The position numbers and the translations under genes are program-made. Positions 1 to 9,618 of a stretch of DNA of 64,000 bases are shown piece after piece. The stretch comes from Thermodesulfobacteriota bacterium (GTDB lineage: Bacteria; Desulfobacterota_D; UBA1144; Nemesobacterales; Mycalebacteriaceae). Below the pieces are notes generated by a model. It had not been told where the DNA came from. It searched no databases and worked only from the letters and a program-made list of their open reading frames with translations. The stretch covers positions 160,001 to 224,000 of the forward strand of contig OZ245366.1 of the NCBI GenBank assembly GCA_965226585.1, in the 5' to 3' direction. Within the stretch, counting starts at the first letter, position 1; the number at the start of each line of letters is the position of its first letter.

Positions 1-609
1 TCAATACCTGATGAATTGATGGATAAAATAGAAGCTTTTTTCACAAATCTAGGAGGAGCTTTTTTCGACAAAGAAAATGATTTGGAAACAGCTCTTAATA
101 ATTTTCTAGATATCATCCCAGCCTATCCCTATTATCATTGGAGAAATCTTCACAAAGAACTGACAGATTCACAATTTGATATGTACAGAAAGAGAGAGTA
201 TCTTCGAGCAGCACAAGATGCAGTCAATATTTATGAAAAAGCAGTTAAACAAAAAAGTGGTTTAAGTAATACCGGAACCACTCTCTACAAGAAATCTTTT
301 TGTTGGGAAGAACGGAATTTACAAATTAACAACCCTTTTCGGGACAATGAAGATAAGAAAAGCGTCCACAACGGACAAGCCAATTTGTCAAAAGGTCTAT
401 CACAATCTTTCAGAAATATCATTGCTCACGGAAGGCGAGAAGAGTACAGCAAATTCTTTACTGATAAAAATTGCCTTGATATCCTCAGCTTGGTTTCTTT
501 TCTTCTCCACCGCCTTGATGATGCAAAGAAAGTAGACAAGTGCAAAAAAACTGCCCAGAAGAAAAAAGTTGCGCGCAGAAACGCAAACTCACGGAGAAAA
601 AAACGGTAA
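1..609 (+). CDS. TIGR02391/Ymh-family protein, C-terminal part (5' truncated by window edge); HEPN-like RxxxxH motif
   Basis: Frame +1 is open from base 1. YPYYHWRNLH...A..DAV..YE..VK..SGL...G..L pattern, FRNIIAH motif and CLDILSLVSFLLHRLD C-terminus are typical of TIGR02391. AT-rich. Confidence 0.75.
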   Translation, partial: SIPDELMDKIEAFFTNLGGAFFDKENDLETALNNFLDIIPAYPYYHWRNLHKELTDSQFDMYRKREYLRAAQDAVNIYEKAVKQKSGLSNTGTTLYKKSFCWEERNLQINNPFRDNEDKKSVHNGQANLSKGLSQSFRNIIAHGRREEYSKFFTDKNCLDILSLVSFLLHRLDDAKKVDKCKKTAQKKKVARRNANSRRKKR

Positions 610-630
610 CTATTTGTAGAATTTCTGTAA

Positions 631-1077
631 ATGAAGAAGGCATACAAAGAAAGTAAATCACTATCCAAAGACCACTTAAGCGAAGAGCGTAGGTCTTGGA
701 ATATGAGCCGCATCAAAGGCAAAAACACCTCATCTGAACTGAAAGTCCGCAAAGTGCTTCACGCTATGGGATACAGATTCCGCCTTCACAGAAAAGACCT
801 TCCCGGAAAGCCCGACATCATAATTGGCAAATACAAAACAGTGATATTTGTTCATGGGTGCTTTTGGCATAGGCACAAAAACTGCAATTACTGCACCACA
901 CCGACAGGAAACAGAGATTTCTGGTTGAAAAAGTTTGAAGGCAATGTTCTACGTGATAAAAAGAATCAGAAGAAACTGCGGGAGCTCGGATGGAAAGTTT
1001 TTGTTGTATGGCAATGCGAAACAATCAATCCTGAGAAAATAGAGAAAAAACTATCAGGCTTTATGCGTTCTATTTGA
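631..1077 (+). CDS. vsr: Very short patch repair endonuclease Vsr
   Basis: RSWNMSRIKGKNT, LPGKPDI, IFVHGCFWHRH, FWLKKFEGNVLRD, LGWKVFVVWQCE. Confidence 0.95.
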   Translation: MKKAYKESKSLSKDHLSEERRSWNMSRIKGKNTSSELKVRKVLHAMGYRFRLHRKDLPGKPDIIIGKYKTVIFVHGCFWHRHKNCNYCTTPTGNRDFWLKKFEGNVLRDKKNQKKLRELGWKVFVVWQCETINPEKIEKKLSGFMRSI

Positions 1078-1125
1078 AAAACTATTTGCCAAACCTAGGG
1101 CACTCACCCTCAAACCGCCACCAAA

Positions 1126-1338
1126 TCACGCCCCAACTTCCACATAATCCGAATAGGCAAATGGTTCTGGTGCTTTCATTTTTTCGTCCGCAAGTCCTTC
1201 CAAGTGAAACTCAACGGATTCTTTCATGTTTTTCTCAACTTCTTTTTTTGTTCTGCCGGTTGCAATACATCCCTGTATGTCCGGTGAGTAAGCCGAGAAC
1301 CCTGTTTTTGTTTTCTCGTAAACGACTAAATACCTCAT
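1126..1338 (-). CDS. hicB: HicB-family antitoxin-like protein (short form, no adjacent hicA)
   Basis: YLVVYEK..TGFSAYSPDIQGCIATGRT..EV..NMKE.VEFHLEGL is the HicB RNase H-like fold signature. Confidence 0.85.
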   Translation of the reverse strand: MRYLVVYEKTKTGFSAYSPDIQGCIATGRTKKEVEKNMKESVEFHLEGLADEKMKAPEPFAYSDYVEVGA

Positions 1339-1340
1339 CT

Positions 1341-4300
1341 TTACACCGCCTTCGCCAAATCCACCGAAACAACCGCTGAATTACTTGCCTTGCTTGCCGT
1401 TATGCCTATCAGGGCGTCAACATCTGAAATTGTTGTTCTGTTGTGCGTAACAACAAGCGTTTGAGAACTGCGGGAAATGTCTTTTATTAGCGCGGCAAAC
1501 CTGCCCGTGTTTGACTCATCAAGCGGGGCGTCTATCTCGTCAAGAATTATGAACGGAAGCGGACGCACAAGGCATGAGGAAATTATGAACGCTATCGCGG
1601 AAAGTGCCTTCTCTCCGCCGGAAAGTAAATTCATGTTCTGCGCCTTCTTCCCGCCCGGCTTTACCACTATGTCTATCCCCGTCTCAATCGGGTCATCCGG
1701 GTCTGTCATCACAAGCCGCCCTTCTCCGCCTTTGAAAAGCTTCGGAAGCAACTCGCGGAACTTTATATCCACCTCTTCAAACGCCTCAGCAAACTTATCC
1801 GCGCTCTCACGGTCAAGCTGTGATATGGACTTTTTAAGTGACGCCGCCGTCTTCTCAAGATCATCTATCTGCCCCTCAAGAAAACCATGCTCTTTTTCCG
1901 CTTCCTCATACTCATCAGGCGCGAGAAGATTGACAAGCCCGAAACCATCAATCCGCGCCCGGAGGGCTGTCAACTCTGAGTCCAAAACTTCAGTGTCCGC
2001 CGCCTCCACCTCTTCTGCAGGCGGCATCTGCGCGCCGTTTTTTTCGGCAACCTCTTTTATCTTGCCCGATATGTAATCCACGTTGTTCCGAATTGTCCGC
2101 AGGTTGACCTCAAGATCGCCGCACTTTGTTCTCGTCTCATCAAGCCGCTTGTCCAGCCCCTCAATCCGCTCGCGCATGGAGGCGGTTTTCTCTGCGGTCT
2201 CTGCGCGCCTGCCCCGTATCTCATCAACCCCTTTCCGCCGCTCCTCAAGTTCCCCGGTAAGCGTCTCTATCCTGCGCTGAGCCTCGCCCGATGACACCTC
2301 CATATCGCTTTTTTCTTTCGCCTTGCCTTGTATTTCAGATGAAATTTCCCCGGCGCGCCCGTCAATCTCTTTCTCCCTCAAACTCAAGTTTTCTATCTCG
2401 CCGAGCAGGTTTTCCCGCCTCTGCCGTAATGCCGCCGCCTCCATTCTCAACTCGCCCGCCTTCAACACAAGCGCGTTCTCCTTCTCCTCAATGCCGGAAC
2501 TCTTTTCCTCAAACTCACTGAGCCTCGCCCTGCGCTCATCGCGCTCGGAACGGAGCCGCTCAAGGTCGCGCCCGCACTGTTCTGACTGCTCTGTTTTCTG
2601 CTTCAACTCGCCGGAAACCTGCTCGCTCTGCGTCTCAAGTTCCAACAGTTTTGCCTCTTTGCCCTCAAGCGAAAAAGTGAACCCCTCAAGGTCGCTCTCA
2701 AGAGAACCCAGTTTCACCCGGTTGGTTTGCAGACTCTCGTCAAGAGACGCCACCTCAGACTTCAGTCCGCTTATGCGCGCCTCAAAACCGTCCGCCTTTT
2801 CAAGCAGGGCGGCTATCTCGCCTTCCAGTTTGCCCGCCTCTTTGCCAAGCCGCTCTATCTCGGATTTTCTCTCAAAAACACCGCCCTTTACAACACCGCC
2901 GGAAACCGCCCCGGAACTGTCAAGAAACTCGCCCGAAAGAGTCGCAAACGAAAGACCGGGCGCCTCGCGGGCGCATTCAAAAGCGTCTTCAAGAGTGTCA
3001 ACCACGCATATCCCGCGCAAAACTTTTTGCAGGGCTTCCTTTCCGCCGCCGCTTGTTTTTACTATGTCCGCAACCGCAACCGCGCGGGAGGGAATTTTTG
3101 AGCCTCCGCCTGATGAAGAACCGCCCGCGGGCATGAAGGTTGCCCTTCCCGCGCCCTTTTCCCGCAGTTTTTCTATCGCCCGCTCCGCATCTCCGCCCGT
3201 GCCCACAACTATCCACCCGAGCCGCTCACCGAGAGCCGCCTCAAACGCTTTTGAGTATTTGCCGGGAACGGAAACAAAATCTGACAAAACGCCCAGAACA
3301 CCATCCGTTTTGCCCTCAAGCAAAATGTCTCTCACAGATTCGGGAAGCCATTCAAAAGAGTTCTGTATGTTTTTCAACTCCTCCAGCCGCGAGGCGGCGC
3401 GGCTTCTTTTCTCTTTCAAAGACGATACGGCTTCAAGCAGTTTTTCATGCTCCCCGCTGGAAGAGTCAAGCCCTGCGGCAATGCCCTCTCTGCGTTTTGA
3501 AGTTTGCTCCTGCGCGGCTTTTATCTCCTCTATCCGGGAGGCAAACTGCTCGCGCCTTTCAGCCAGTTTGCTCTTTTCAGCGGAAAGCGCGCCCTTCTGT
3601 TCAAGCAGAAATCCGCTTCGCACCGAAAGCCGCTCCGCCTCCCCCGCAAGCCGCCTGTATTCCGCCTCCGCCCGGTCGCACTGCTCAACCGCCGCAAAAA
3701 AACCGTCCCGTATCTCTTCAATCCCGTCCCTGTCTGTCTGCGCTCCCGCGCGAAGGGCTTCAAGCTCTTTCTCGGCAACCTCAAGGTCTGTCGCGATGTC
3801 AGACTCTTTCATCTCCGCCTGTTCGCGCTCCGTTTGCGCCGCGCCTGCGCGTTTTCCTATCTCGGCGGTTTGCTGTGAGAGCGAAAGTTTTTCGTTTTCA
3901 AGGCGGGAGACAAGGGCGTCTATGTCTGCCCTTCTGCCCGCGAAAAGCTCTTTTGTTGCCGTCTCGCCGTTTATTTTCTCGCGCGCGGCAAGTATCTCTG
4001 AATCTGCGGATGAGACCGATTCCTCCAGTTGGCGCGACCGCCCTTCAAGTTCTCTCATCTCCGCCGAGGCGGCGTTTTTTTCTTCTTCTATGCCCCTTGC
4101 CGTCTGCTCAATGGCGGACTTCTCTTTGTCCAGTTCGCTCAGTTTGACGCCGGTTTCCGCCTTCCGGGCGGCAAGCATGAGGATCTCAAGCCGGGCGGCT
4201 TTTTCTGAAAGTTCGTTCAGTTTGCGCGCCTGCTCCGCCTGCCGTTTCAAACTGTCTCTGCGGCGGAGAGTGTCTTTGCTCAAGTCCCGTATTCTCGTCA

Positions 4301-4853
4301 AATTTTCTTCGGTCTGTTTGAGGCGGCTGTGCGTTTCCTTTCTTCTCGTCTTGTATCTGACAACACCCGCGACCTCTTCTATCAGACGCCTTTTTTCTTC
4401 CGGTTTCGCCATAACAAAACCTTCCACTTCCCCCTGCCCGATGATGGAATGGGAGCGCGCGCCGGAACCCGTGTCCATGAAGATGTCAACTATGTCTTTG
4501 AGGCGGCACACCGCGCCGTTTATGGAGTATTCGCTCTCGCCGCTGCGGAAATACCGGCGCGTTATGGATATGTCTTCAAAACCGCGTCCGGGCACTTCGG
4601 AGAGAACCATCGTAACCTCCGCCATACCAACCGGCTTGAGAGAGACCGTTCCGTCTGACACAAGGTCTTCCATCGCCGAGGCGCGGAGCATTCTGGGGTT
4701 CTGCTCGCCCGTAACCCACCGGACGGCGTCTATAACGTTTGACTTGCCGCACCCGTTGGGACCCACAACTGCGTTTGAGCCCTTGTGAAACTCAAGGCGC
4801 GTTTTTTTGTGAAACGACTTGAAGCCCGACAGTTCAAGAGACGATATTCTCAA
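1341..4853 (-). CDS. smc: Chromosome segregation protein SMC
   Basis: GFKSF, Walker A GPNGCGKSN, coiled coils with hinge (GRATF), LSGGEK, LDEIDAPLD. TTG start preceded by GGGAGG. Confidence 0.97.
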   Translation of the reverse strand: MRISSLELSGFKSFHKKTRLEFHKGSNAVVGPNGCGKSNVIDAVRWVTGEQNPRMLRASAMEDLVSDGTVSLKPVGMAEVTMVLSEVPGRGFEDISITRRYFRSGESEYSINGAVCRLKDIVDIFMDTGSGARSHSIIGQGEVEGFVMAKPEEKRRLIEEVAGVVRYKTRRKETHSRLKQTEENLTRIRDLSKDTLRRRDSLKRQAEQARKLNELSEKAARLEILMLAARKAETGVKLSELDKEKSAIEQTARGIEEEKNAASAEMRELEGRSRQLEESVSSADSEILAAREKINGETATKELFAGRRADIDALVSRLENEKLSLSQQTAEIGKRAGAAQTEREQAEMKESDIATDLEVAEKELEALRAGAQTDRDGIEEIRDGFFAAVEQCDRAEAEYRRLAGEAERLSVRSGFLLEQKGALSAEKSKLAERREQFASRIEEIKAAQEQTSKRREGIAAGLDSSSGEHEKLLEAVSSLKEKRSRAASRLEELKNIQNSFEWLPESVRDILLEGKTDGVLGVLSDFVSVPGKYSKAFEAALGERLGWIVVGTGGDAERAIEKLREKGAGRATFMPAGGSSSGGGSKIPSRAVAVADIVKTSGGGKEALQKVLRGICVVDTLEDAFECAREAPGLSFATLSGEFLDSSGAVSGGVVKGGVFERKSEIERLGKEAGKLEGEIAALLEKADGFEARISGLKSEVASLDESLQTNRVKLGSLESDLEGFTFSLEGKEAKLLELETQSEQVSGELKQKTEQSEQCGRDLERLRSERDERRARLSEFEEKSSGIEEKENALVLKAGELRMEAAALRQRRENLLGEIENLSLREKEIDGRAGEISSEIQGKAKEKSDMEVSSGEAQRRIETLTGELEERRKGVDEIRGRRAETAEKTASMRERIEGLDKRLDETRTKCGDLEVNLRTIRNNVDYISGKIKEVAEKNGAQMPPAEEVEAADTEVLDSELTALRARIDGFGLVNLLAPDEYEEAEKEHGFLEGQIDDLEKTAASLKKSISQLDRESADKFAEAFEEVDIKFRELLPKLFKGGEGRLVMTDPDDPIETGIDIVVKPGGKKAQNMNLLSGGEKALSAIAFIISSCLVRPLPFIILDEIDAPLDESNTGRFAALIKDISRSSQTLVVTHNRTTISDVDALIGITASKASNSAVVSVDLAKAV

Positions 4854-4872
4854 AATTTCCCCTCCCGTCCGC

Positions 4873-5853
4873 TCATCTGTTCATCTCCTCGCGGATTTCC
4901 TTTCCCAGACGCACTTTTGCCGAAGACTGAATCTCGCCCACCCATGCCGCATAGTTTTCCAGTTCCGCCCTGCCCGTGTTTGTTTTCGCTATCCGTATTT
5001 TTTCTCTGACGGTTGAGGGTTTTTCCGCCTTGCGCTCGAGAACAGCCGCAACCGCGTATCCGGCGGCGGATGAAAACATCGCCGCCCCGCCGCCCGGAGA
5101 CAGAGAGAAAACGCCGTAGCCCAGACGGGCGGGAATCTCAAAGCGCGAGAAAAACTCCGTCTTTTCCGTTTTCAGCCCGGACTGCTTCGCCGCAGAGCGT
5201 ATGCTTTCGCCCTCCCCAATGCTTTTGAGCGCGGCTTGCGCGGATGCCTCATCGTCAAATTCTATGTATTCGGCTTTGACCCTTTCGCCCGAAAATTCAA
5301 AAAGGTTTTTCAGTTCCGCGTCAGGGCGCACGGACGACACTTTTGAGAGAGATGCCATTTGGAGCGCGAGATAGTTGTCTTTCAACATATTCTCAAACTG
5401 CCCCGGAGACATGCCGAGCCCACGCCTGACCGCCTCTTTGTAATAGTCCACGCCGGCAAATTCGCCGTCAAGAAGAAACGCGGGATTTTCCGTAATGGCG
5501 CGGCGGATACTGCTTTCGGGAGCGCGGAGACCCATATCGCGGGCTTTTCCGGCAAGCAGTTTGCGCTCTATGAGAAACGCGAGGGCTACCCTGTCTATGG
5601 CGTCCTGAAGTTCTACGGAAACTCTGTCAAGATTCTGTGTCTGCGAGTCGTAGATACGCTTTCTTATTATCCGGTAGTAGGAAAGGGGAACGGGGTCGCC
5701 ATTGACGGTAACCGCGACACCGGCGGCGGGTCCGGTTCCGGGAATTCCGCCCGTGTACCCGAGACCCCCGATGAACGCGAGCGCGAGAATCACGGCAACG
5801 ACTCTTACGAGCCATGAACCCCAGTTTATATTTTCTTCAAGACTTGTGCCCAT
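4873..5853 (-). CDS. SurA N-terminal domain / PpiD-like membrane-anchored periplasmic chaperone
   Basis: N-terminal TM, VAVTVNGDPV, LIERKLL..KA.DMGL, I..NPAF..DGEF match the SurA_N/PpiD pattern. Confidence 0.75.
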   Translation of the reverse strand: MGTSLEENINWGSWLVRVVAVILALAFIGGLGYTGGIPGTGPAAGVAVTVNGDPVPLSYYRIIRKRIYDSQTQNLDRVSVELQDAIDRVALAFLIERKLLAGKARDMGLRAPESSIRRAITENPAFLLDGEFAGVDYYKEAVRRGLGMSPGQFENMLKDNYLALQMASLSKVSSVRPDAELKNLFEFSGERVKAEYIEFDDEASAQAALKSIGEGESIRSAAKQSGLKTEKTEFFSRFEIPARLGYGVFSLSPGGGAAMFSSAAGYAVAAVLERKAEKPSTVREKIRIAKTNTGRAELENYAAWVGEIQSSAKVRLGKEIREEMNR

Positions 5854-5964
5854 AATTCAACCGCATCAAGCCCACTCATCAAGCCCAAACTCGCCCTTAT
5901 TTTACACTGAAAAAACGGCAAAAGTCCAAAGAATGGCGGGCTTTTTTTCGTATATACTCCTGCA

Positions 5965-6918
5965 ATGATAACCTCCCTCGGAGGCGGTGTGGGAGCGGGG
6001 AAGTTTCTCAAAGGGCTCTCATCTGCTGTGAGCCGCCGCGCAAACCCGCCGGAGAAACTGTCGGTGATAGTCAACAGCGCCGATGACATACGCCTTTTCG
6101 GACTCCGCATATCGCCCGACATAGACACGATTATCTACTGGCTTTCGGGCATGGTGGACAAGCGCAAGGGCTGGGGAATAGAGGGAGACAGCTTCAAATT
6201 CATAGAATCTGCGGGCGTTCTGGGAAAGGAAAACTGGTTCAACATCGGAGACAGAGACCTTGCCACCCACATCGTGAGAACGGAGATGATGGAAGGGGGA
6301 ATGCCGCTTTCGGGCGCGACCCGCGAAATCGCCCGTCTGCTGGGGGCGGATGAAAACGCAGACATTATGCCGATGACGGACGAAAGGGTTGAGACGTGGC
6401 TGAAAACGGATGAGGGCGAGATGCACTTTCAGGAATACTACATCCGCCGGAAGATGGAGCCGCGAGTTGAGGAGATAACTTTCAGGGGAATGGAAACCGC
6501 ACAGCCCGCCCCCGGAGTGATTGAGGCGATACGGGCGGCGGACACGGTTGTGTTCTGTCCGAGCAATCCCGTGATAAGCACAGGGCCCATACTTGAAGTG
6601 CCCGGAGTGAGAGATGAACTCTCGCGCTCGCGCGCCGTCAGGGCCGCGGTGAGTCCGCTTGTGGGGGGCAGAGCCCTGAAAGGGCCCGCAGACCGCCTTA
6701 TGAAACACAAGGGAATTGAAGCGTCATCGCTTGGGGTGGCGGAGATGTATTCGGATTTTATTGACCTTATGGTGATTGACCACGCAGACGCCGCCCTTGA
6801 GGGAAAAATCGCGGCTCTGGGAATGGAAACTCTTGTTACGGACACGGTCATGTCAAGCGCGGAAAAGTCGGACTCTTTAGCCCGCGCGGTGCTTGAAAAA
6901 GCGGATTCTCTCCGTTAA
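5965..6918 (+). CDS. cofD: 2-phospho-L-lactate transferase (F420 biosynthesis)
   Basis: LGGGVGAGKFL, VN.ADD...GLRISPDIDT, WFNIGDRDLATH, HFQEY, PSNPVIS, LKGPA. Confidence 0.95.
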   Translation: MITSLGGGVGAGKFLKGLSSAVSRRANPPEKLSVIVNSADDIRLFGLRISPDIDTIIYWLSGMVDKRKGWGIEGDSFKFIESAGVLGKENWFNIGDRDLATHIVRTEMMEGGMPLSGATREIARLLGADENADIMPMTDERVETWLKTDEGEMHFQEYYIRRKMEPRVEEITFRGMETAQPAPGVIEAIRAADTVVFCPSNPVISTGPILEVPGVRDELSRSRAVRAAVSPLVGGRALKGPADRLMKHKGIEASSLGVAEMYSDFIDLMVIDHADAALEGKIAALGMETLVTDTVMSSAEKSDSLARAVLEKADSLR

Positions 6919-6924
6919 TCTTCG

Positions 6925-6948
6925 TTGTCAGGCGCTTCCGCCTGACAA
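6925..6948. promoter_or_regulatory. Perfect 10-bp inverted repeat abutting the rrf2 ribosome-binding site
   Basis: TTGTCAGGCG-CTTC-CGCCTGACAA directly followed by GAGG and the ATG at 6957; no U-tract. Confidence 0.55.
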
Positions 6949-6956
6949 GAGGTTAT

Positions 6957-7370
6957 ATGCAAGTAAGTAAAACTCTTGATTACGCGATACGCTCGCTGAC
7001 GCACATGGGAAACAATCCGGGCAGAAGGTGCGGAATGAAAGAAATTTCAGAAAGCCAGCACATACCGGACAAATACCTCGCCAAGGTGATGGCGCGTCTT
7101 GTGAGAAGCGGAATAGTAAGCTCCGGGCGGGGACCTTCGGGCGGCTACCTGCTGGTGAAAAAGCCCTTTGAGTTGAACCTCAAAGATGTGTACGAGGCGA
7201 TTGAGGGAGACATACACATAATTGACTGTATGAGCGATGACGGCCCCTGCGCGCTTCACGAAAACTGCACACAGCTCGCCGTGTGGGACAAACTTCAGGT
7301 TACGATGATAAGGACTCTTGAGAAGATAACCCTTGAAAGTCTGACCGCCAAAACGGGGGAAGCCGCATGA
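6957..7370 (+). CDS. Rrf2-family (IscR-like) Fe-S sensing transcriptional regulator
   Basis: DYAIRSL, wHTH IP..YLAKV..L...G.V.S.RG..GGY.L, three Cys (C-x6-C-x5-C); heads the suf genes. Confidence 0.92.
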   Translation: MQVSKTLDYAIRSLTHMGNNPGRRCGMKEISESQHIPDKYLAKVMARLVRSGIVSSGRGPSGGYLLVKKPFELNLKDVYEAIEGDIHIIDCMSDDGPCALHENCTQLAVWDKLQVTMIRTLEKITLESLTAKTGEAA

Positions 7371-8818
7371 GCGTTGATTTTGAAGACCTCGCCCGGCAGG
7401 AATACAAATACGGATTTTCCACCGATGTTGAGCAGGAGATAGCCCCCGAAGGGATTAACGAAGACATTGTGCGCTTTATCTCCGCCAAAAAGGGCGAGCC
7501 GGAGTGGATGCTTGAATGGAGATTGAAGGCGTACCGCCACTGGCTCACGATGAAGGAGCCGCGCTGGGCAAACGTGGAATACCCCCCGATTGACTACAAC
7601 GCCATAAGTTACTACGCCGCCCCCGGCAGCGGGGAAAGCCCTGAAAGCCTGGACGACATAGACCCGGAGATACGGGAGACCTACGAAAAACTCGGCATAC
7701 CGCTTGAAGAGCAGGAGATTCTTGCCGGAGTGAAGAAAGAGCAGGTGGCGGTGGACGTCGTTTTTGACAGCGTTTCGCTTGTAACCACCTTCAAGGAAAA
7801 ACTCGCGGAAGAGGGAGTGATATTCTGCTCAATGTCCGAAGCCGTGAGAGAGCATCCGGAACTTGTGAAAAAATACATCGGCTCGGTCGTGCCGTATTCC
7901 GACAACTTTTTTGCGACCCTCAACTCGGCGGTTTTCTCTGACGGCTCTTTCGTGTACGTGCCCGAAGGCGTGCGCTGCCCGATGGAACTTTCCACTTATT
8001 TCAGAATAAACGCGCAGAACACGGGGCAGTTTGAGAGAACCCTGATAATCGCGGAAAAAGGCAGTTACGTGAGTTACCTTGAGGGCTGTACCGCGCCGAT
8101 GAGAGACGAAAATCAGCTTCACGCGGCGGTGGTTGAACTTGTCGCCCTTGATGACGCGACAATCAAATACTCCACAATTCAGAACTGGTATCCCGGAGAC
8201 AGCGAAGGCAAAGGCGGAATCTACAATTTCGTCACAAAACGCGGCAGATGCATTGGAAACAACTCACGGATATCCTGGACTCAGGTGGAGACCGGCTCGG
8301 CTATAACTTGGAAATATCCCGGCTGTGTGCTTGAGGGAGACAACTCCGTGGGAGAGTTCTACTCGGTTGCTCTCACAAACCGCAAACAACAGGCGGACAC
8401 GGGAACGAAGATGGTTCATGTCGGCAAAAACACAAGCAGCACAATCGTGTCAAAAGGCATCAGCGCGGGCAAGGGGCAGAACACCTACAGGGGGCTTGTG
8501 GAGATTGGAAAATCGGCGGCGAACTCGCGCAACTACACTCAGTGCGACTCCATGCTGATAGGAGACCTGTGCGGGGCGCACACCTTCCCGTACATAGAGG
8601 TCAAGAACTCCACCGCGCATATGGAGCACGAGGCGTCAACCTCAAAAATCGGGGAAGACCAGATATTTTACTGCCAGCAGAGAGGGCTTTCCGCCGAAGA
8701 CGCGGTTTCACTGATTGTGAACGGTTTCTGCAAGGAAGTTTTCAAGGAACTGCCATTTGAGTTCGCCGTGGAGGCGGAAAAACTGCTCAGCATCAGTCTT
8801 GAGGGCAGTGTGGGATAA
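7367..8818 (+). CDS. sufB: Fe-S cluster assembly protein SufB
   Basis: [52 protein letters not shown]. Confidence 0.98.
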   Translation: MSVDFEDLARQEYKYGFSTDVEQEIAPEGINEDIVRFISAKKGEPEWMLEWRLKAYRHWLTMKEPRWANVEYPPIDYNAISYYAAPGSGESPESLDDIDPEIRETYEKLGIPLEEQEILAGVKKEQVAVDVVFDSVSLVTTFKEKLAEEGVIFCSMSEAVREHPELVKKYIGSVVPYSDNFFATLNSAVFSDGSFVYVPEGVRCPMELSTYFRINAQNTGQFERTLIIAEKGSYVSYLEGCTAPMRDENQLHAAVVELVALDDATIKYSTIQNWYPGDSEGKGGIYNFVTKRGRCIGNNSRISWTQVETGSAITWKYPGCVLEGDNSVGEFYSVALTNRKQQADTGTKMVHVGKNTSSTIVSKGISAGKGQNTYRGLVEIGKSAANSRNYTQCDSMLIGDLCGAHTFPYIEVKNSTAHMEHEASTSKIGEDQIFYCQQRGLSAEDAVSLIVNGFCKEVFKELPFEFAVEAEKLLSISLEGSVG

Positions 8819-8861
8819 ACCCGCGCGGTGAATTCACCCGGAAAAAAGAAGGAGAGAATAA

Positions 8862-9608
8862 ATGCTTGAAATAAAAGATTTGCGCGCCTCGGTAGGCGAA
8901 AAGGAGATACTCAAAGGGCTTGGGCTCAAGGTGGGCGCGGGAGAGGTGCACTCCATAATGGGACCCAACGGCTCCGGCAAAAGCACGCTTTCGCAAATCC
9001 TCGCCGGAAAAGACGCCTACGATGTAACGGGAGGGTCGGTGGATTTTGACGGGGAAGACCTTCTGGACATGGAGCCCGAAGAGCGCGCGGCGGCGGGCGT
9101 GTTTATGGCGTTTCAGTATCCCATTGAGATTGCGGGCGTTTCAAACTCATACCTTCTGCGCGAGGGGCTCAACTCCATAAGAAAAGCGCGGGGAGAAAAA
9201 CCCGTGAAGCACGTGGAGTTTTCAAAAATGGCGAAAGACAAAATGAAGGCGCTGGAAATTGACGACTCGTTCCTTTCCCGCCCCGTCAACGAAGGTTTTT
9301 CGGGCGGAGAGAAGAAAAGAAACGAGATATTCCAAATGCAGATACTTGAACCGAAACTTGCCATACTTGACGAAACCGACTCCGGGCTGGACATAGACGC
9401 CCTTAAAATCGTTGCGGACGGCGTGAACGCAATGAGGTCAAAAGACAGGTCGTTCATCGTTATAACGCACTACCAGCGGCTTCTTGAATATATCGTGCCG
9501 GATTTTGTTCACGTTATGGCGGACGGCAAAATAGTTAAATCGGGCGGCAAAGACCTCGCCCTTGAACTGGAAAGCAAGGGCTACGGATGGATTGAGAAAT
9601 CCGCGTAG
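8862..9608 (+). CDS. sufC: Fe-S cluster assembly ATPase SufC
   Basis: MGPNGSGKST, AFQYPIEI, NEGFSGGEKKRNE, LDETDSGLDIDAL, ITHYQRLL. Confidence 0.98.
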   Translation: MLEIKDLRASVGEKEILKGLGLKVGAGEVHSIMGPNGSGKSTLSQILAGKDAYDVTGGSVDFDGEDLLDMEPEERAAAGVFMAFQYPIEIAGVSNSYLLREGLNSIRKARGEKPVKHVEFSKMAKDKMKALEIDDSFLSRPVNEGFSGGEKKRNEIFQMQILEPKLAILDETDSGLDIDALKIVADGVNAMRSKDRSFIVITHYQRLLEYIVPDFVHVMADGKIVKSGGKDLALELESKGYGWIEKSA

Positions 9609-9618
9609 CGGGAAAAAC

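Noticed and set aside
1074..1379. 101-aa + strand ORF as possible hicA
   Set aside because: Antisense to hicB and lacks the HicA GSH motif.
2323..4788. 821-aa + strand ORF
   Set aside because: Antisense shadow of smc in mirrored frame; its Ser/Phe-rich composition is the complement of Glu/Lys codons; no motifs.
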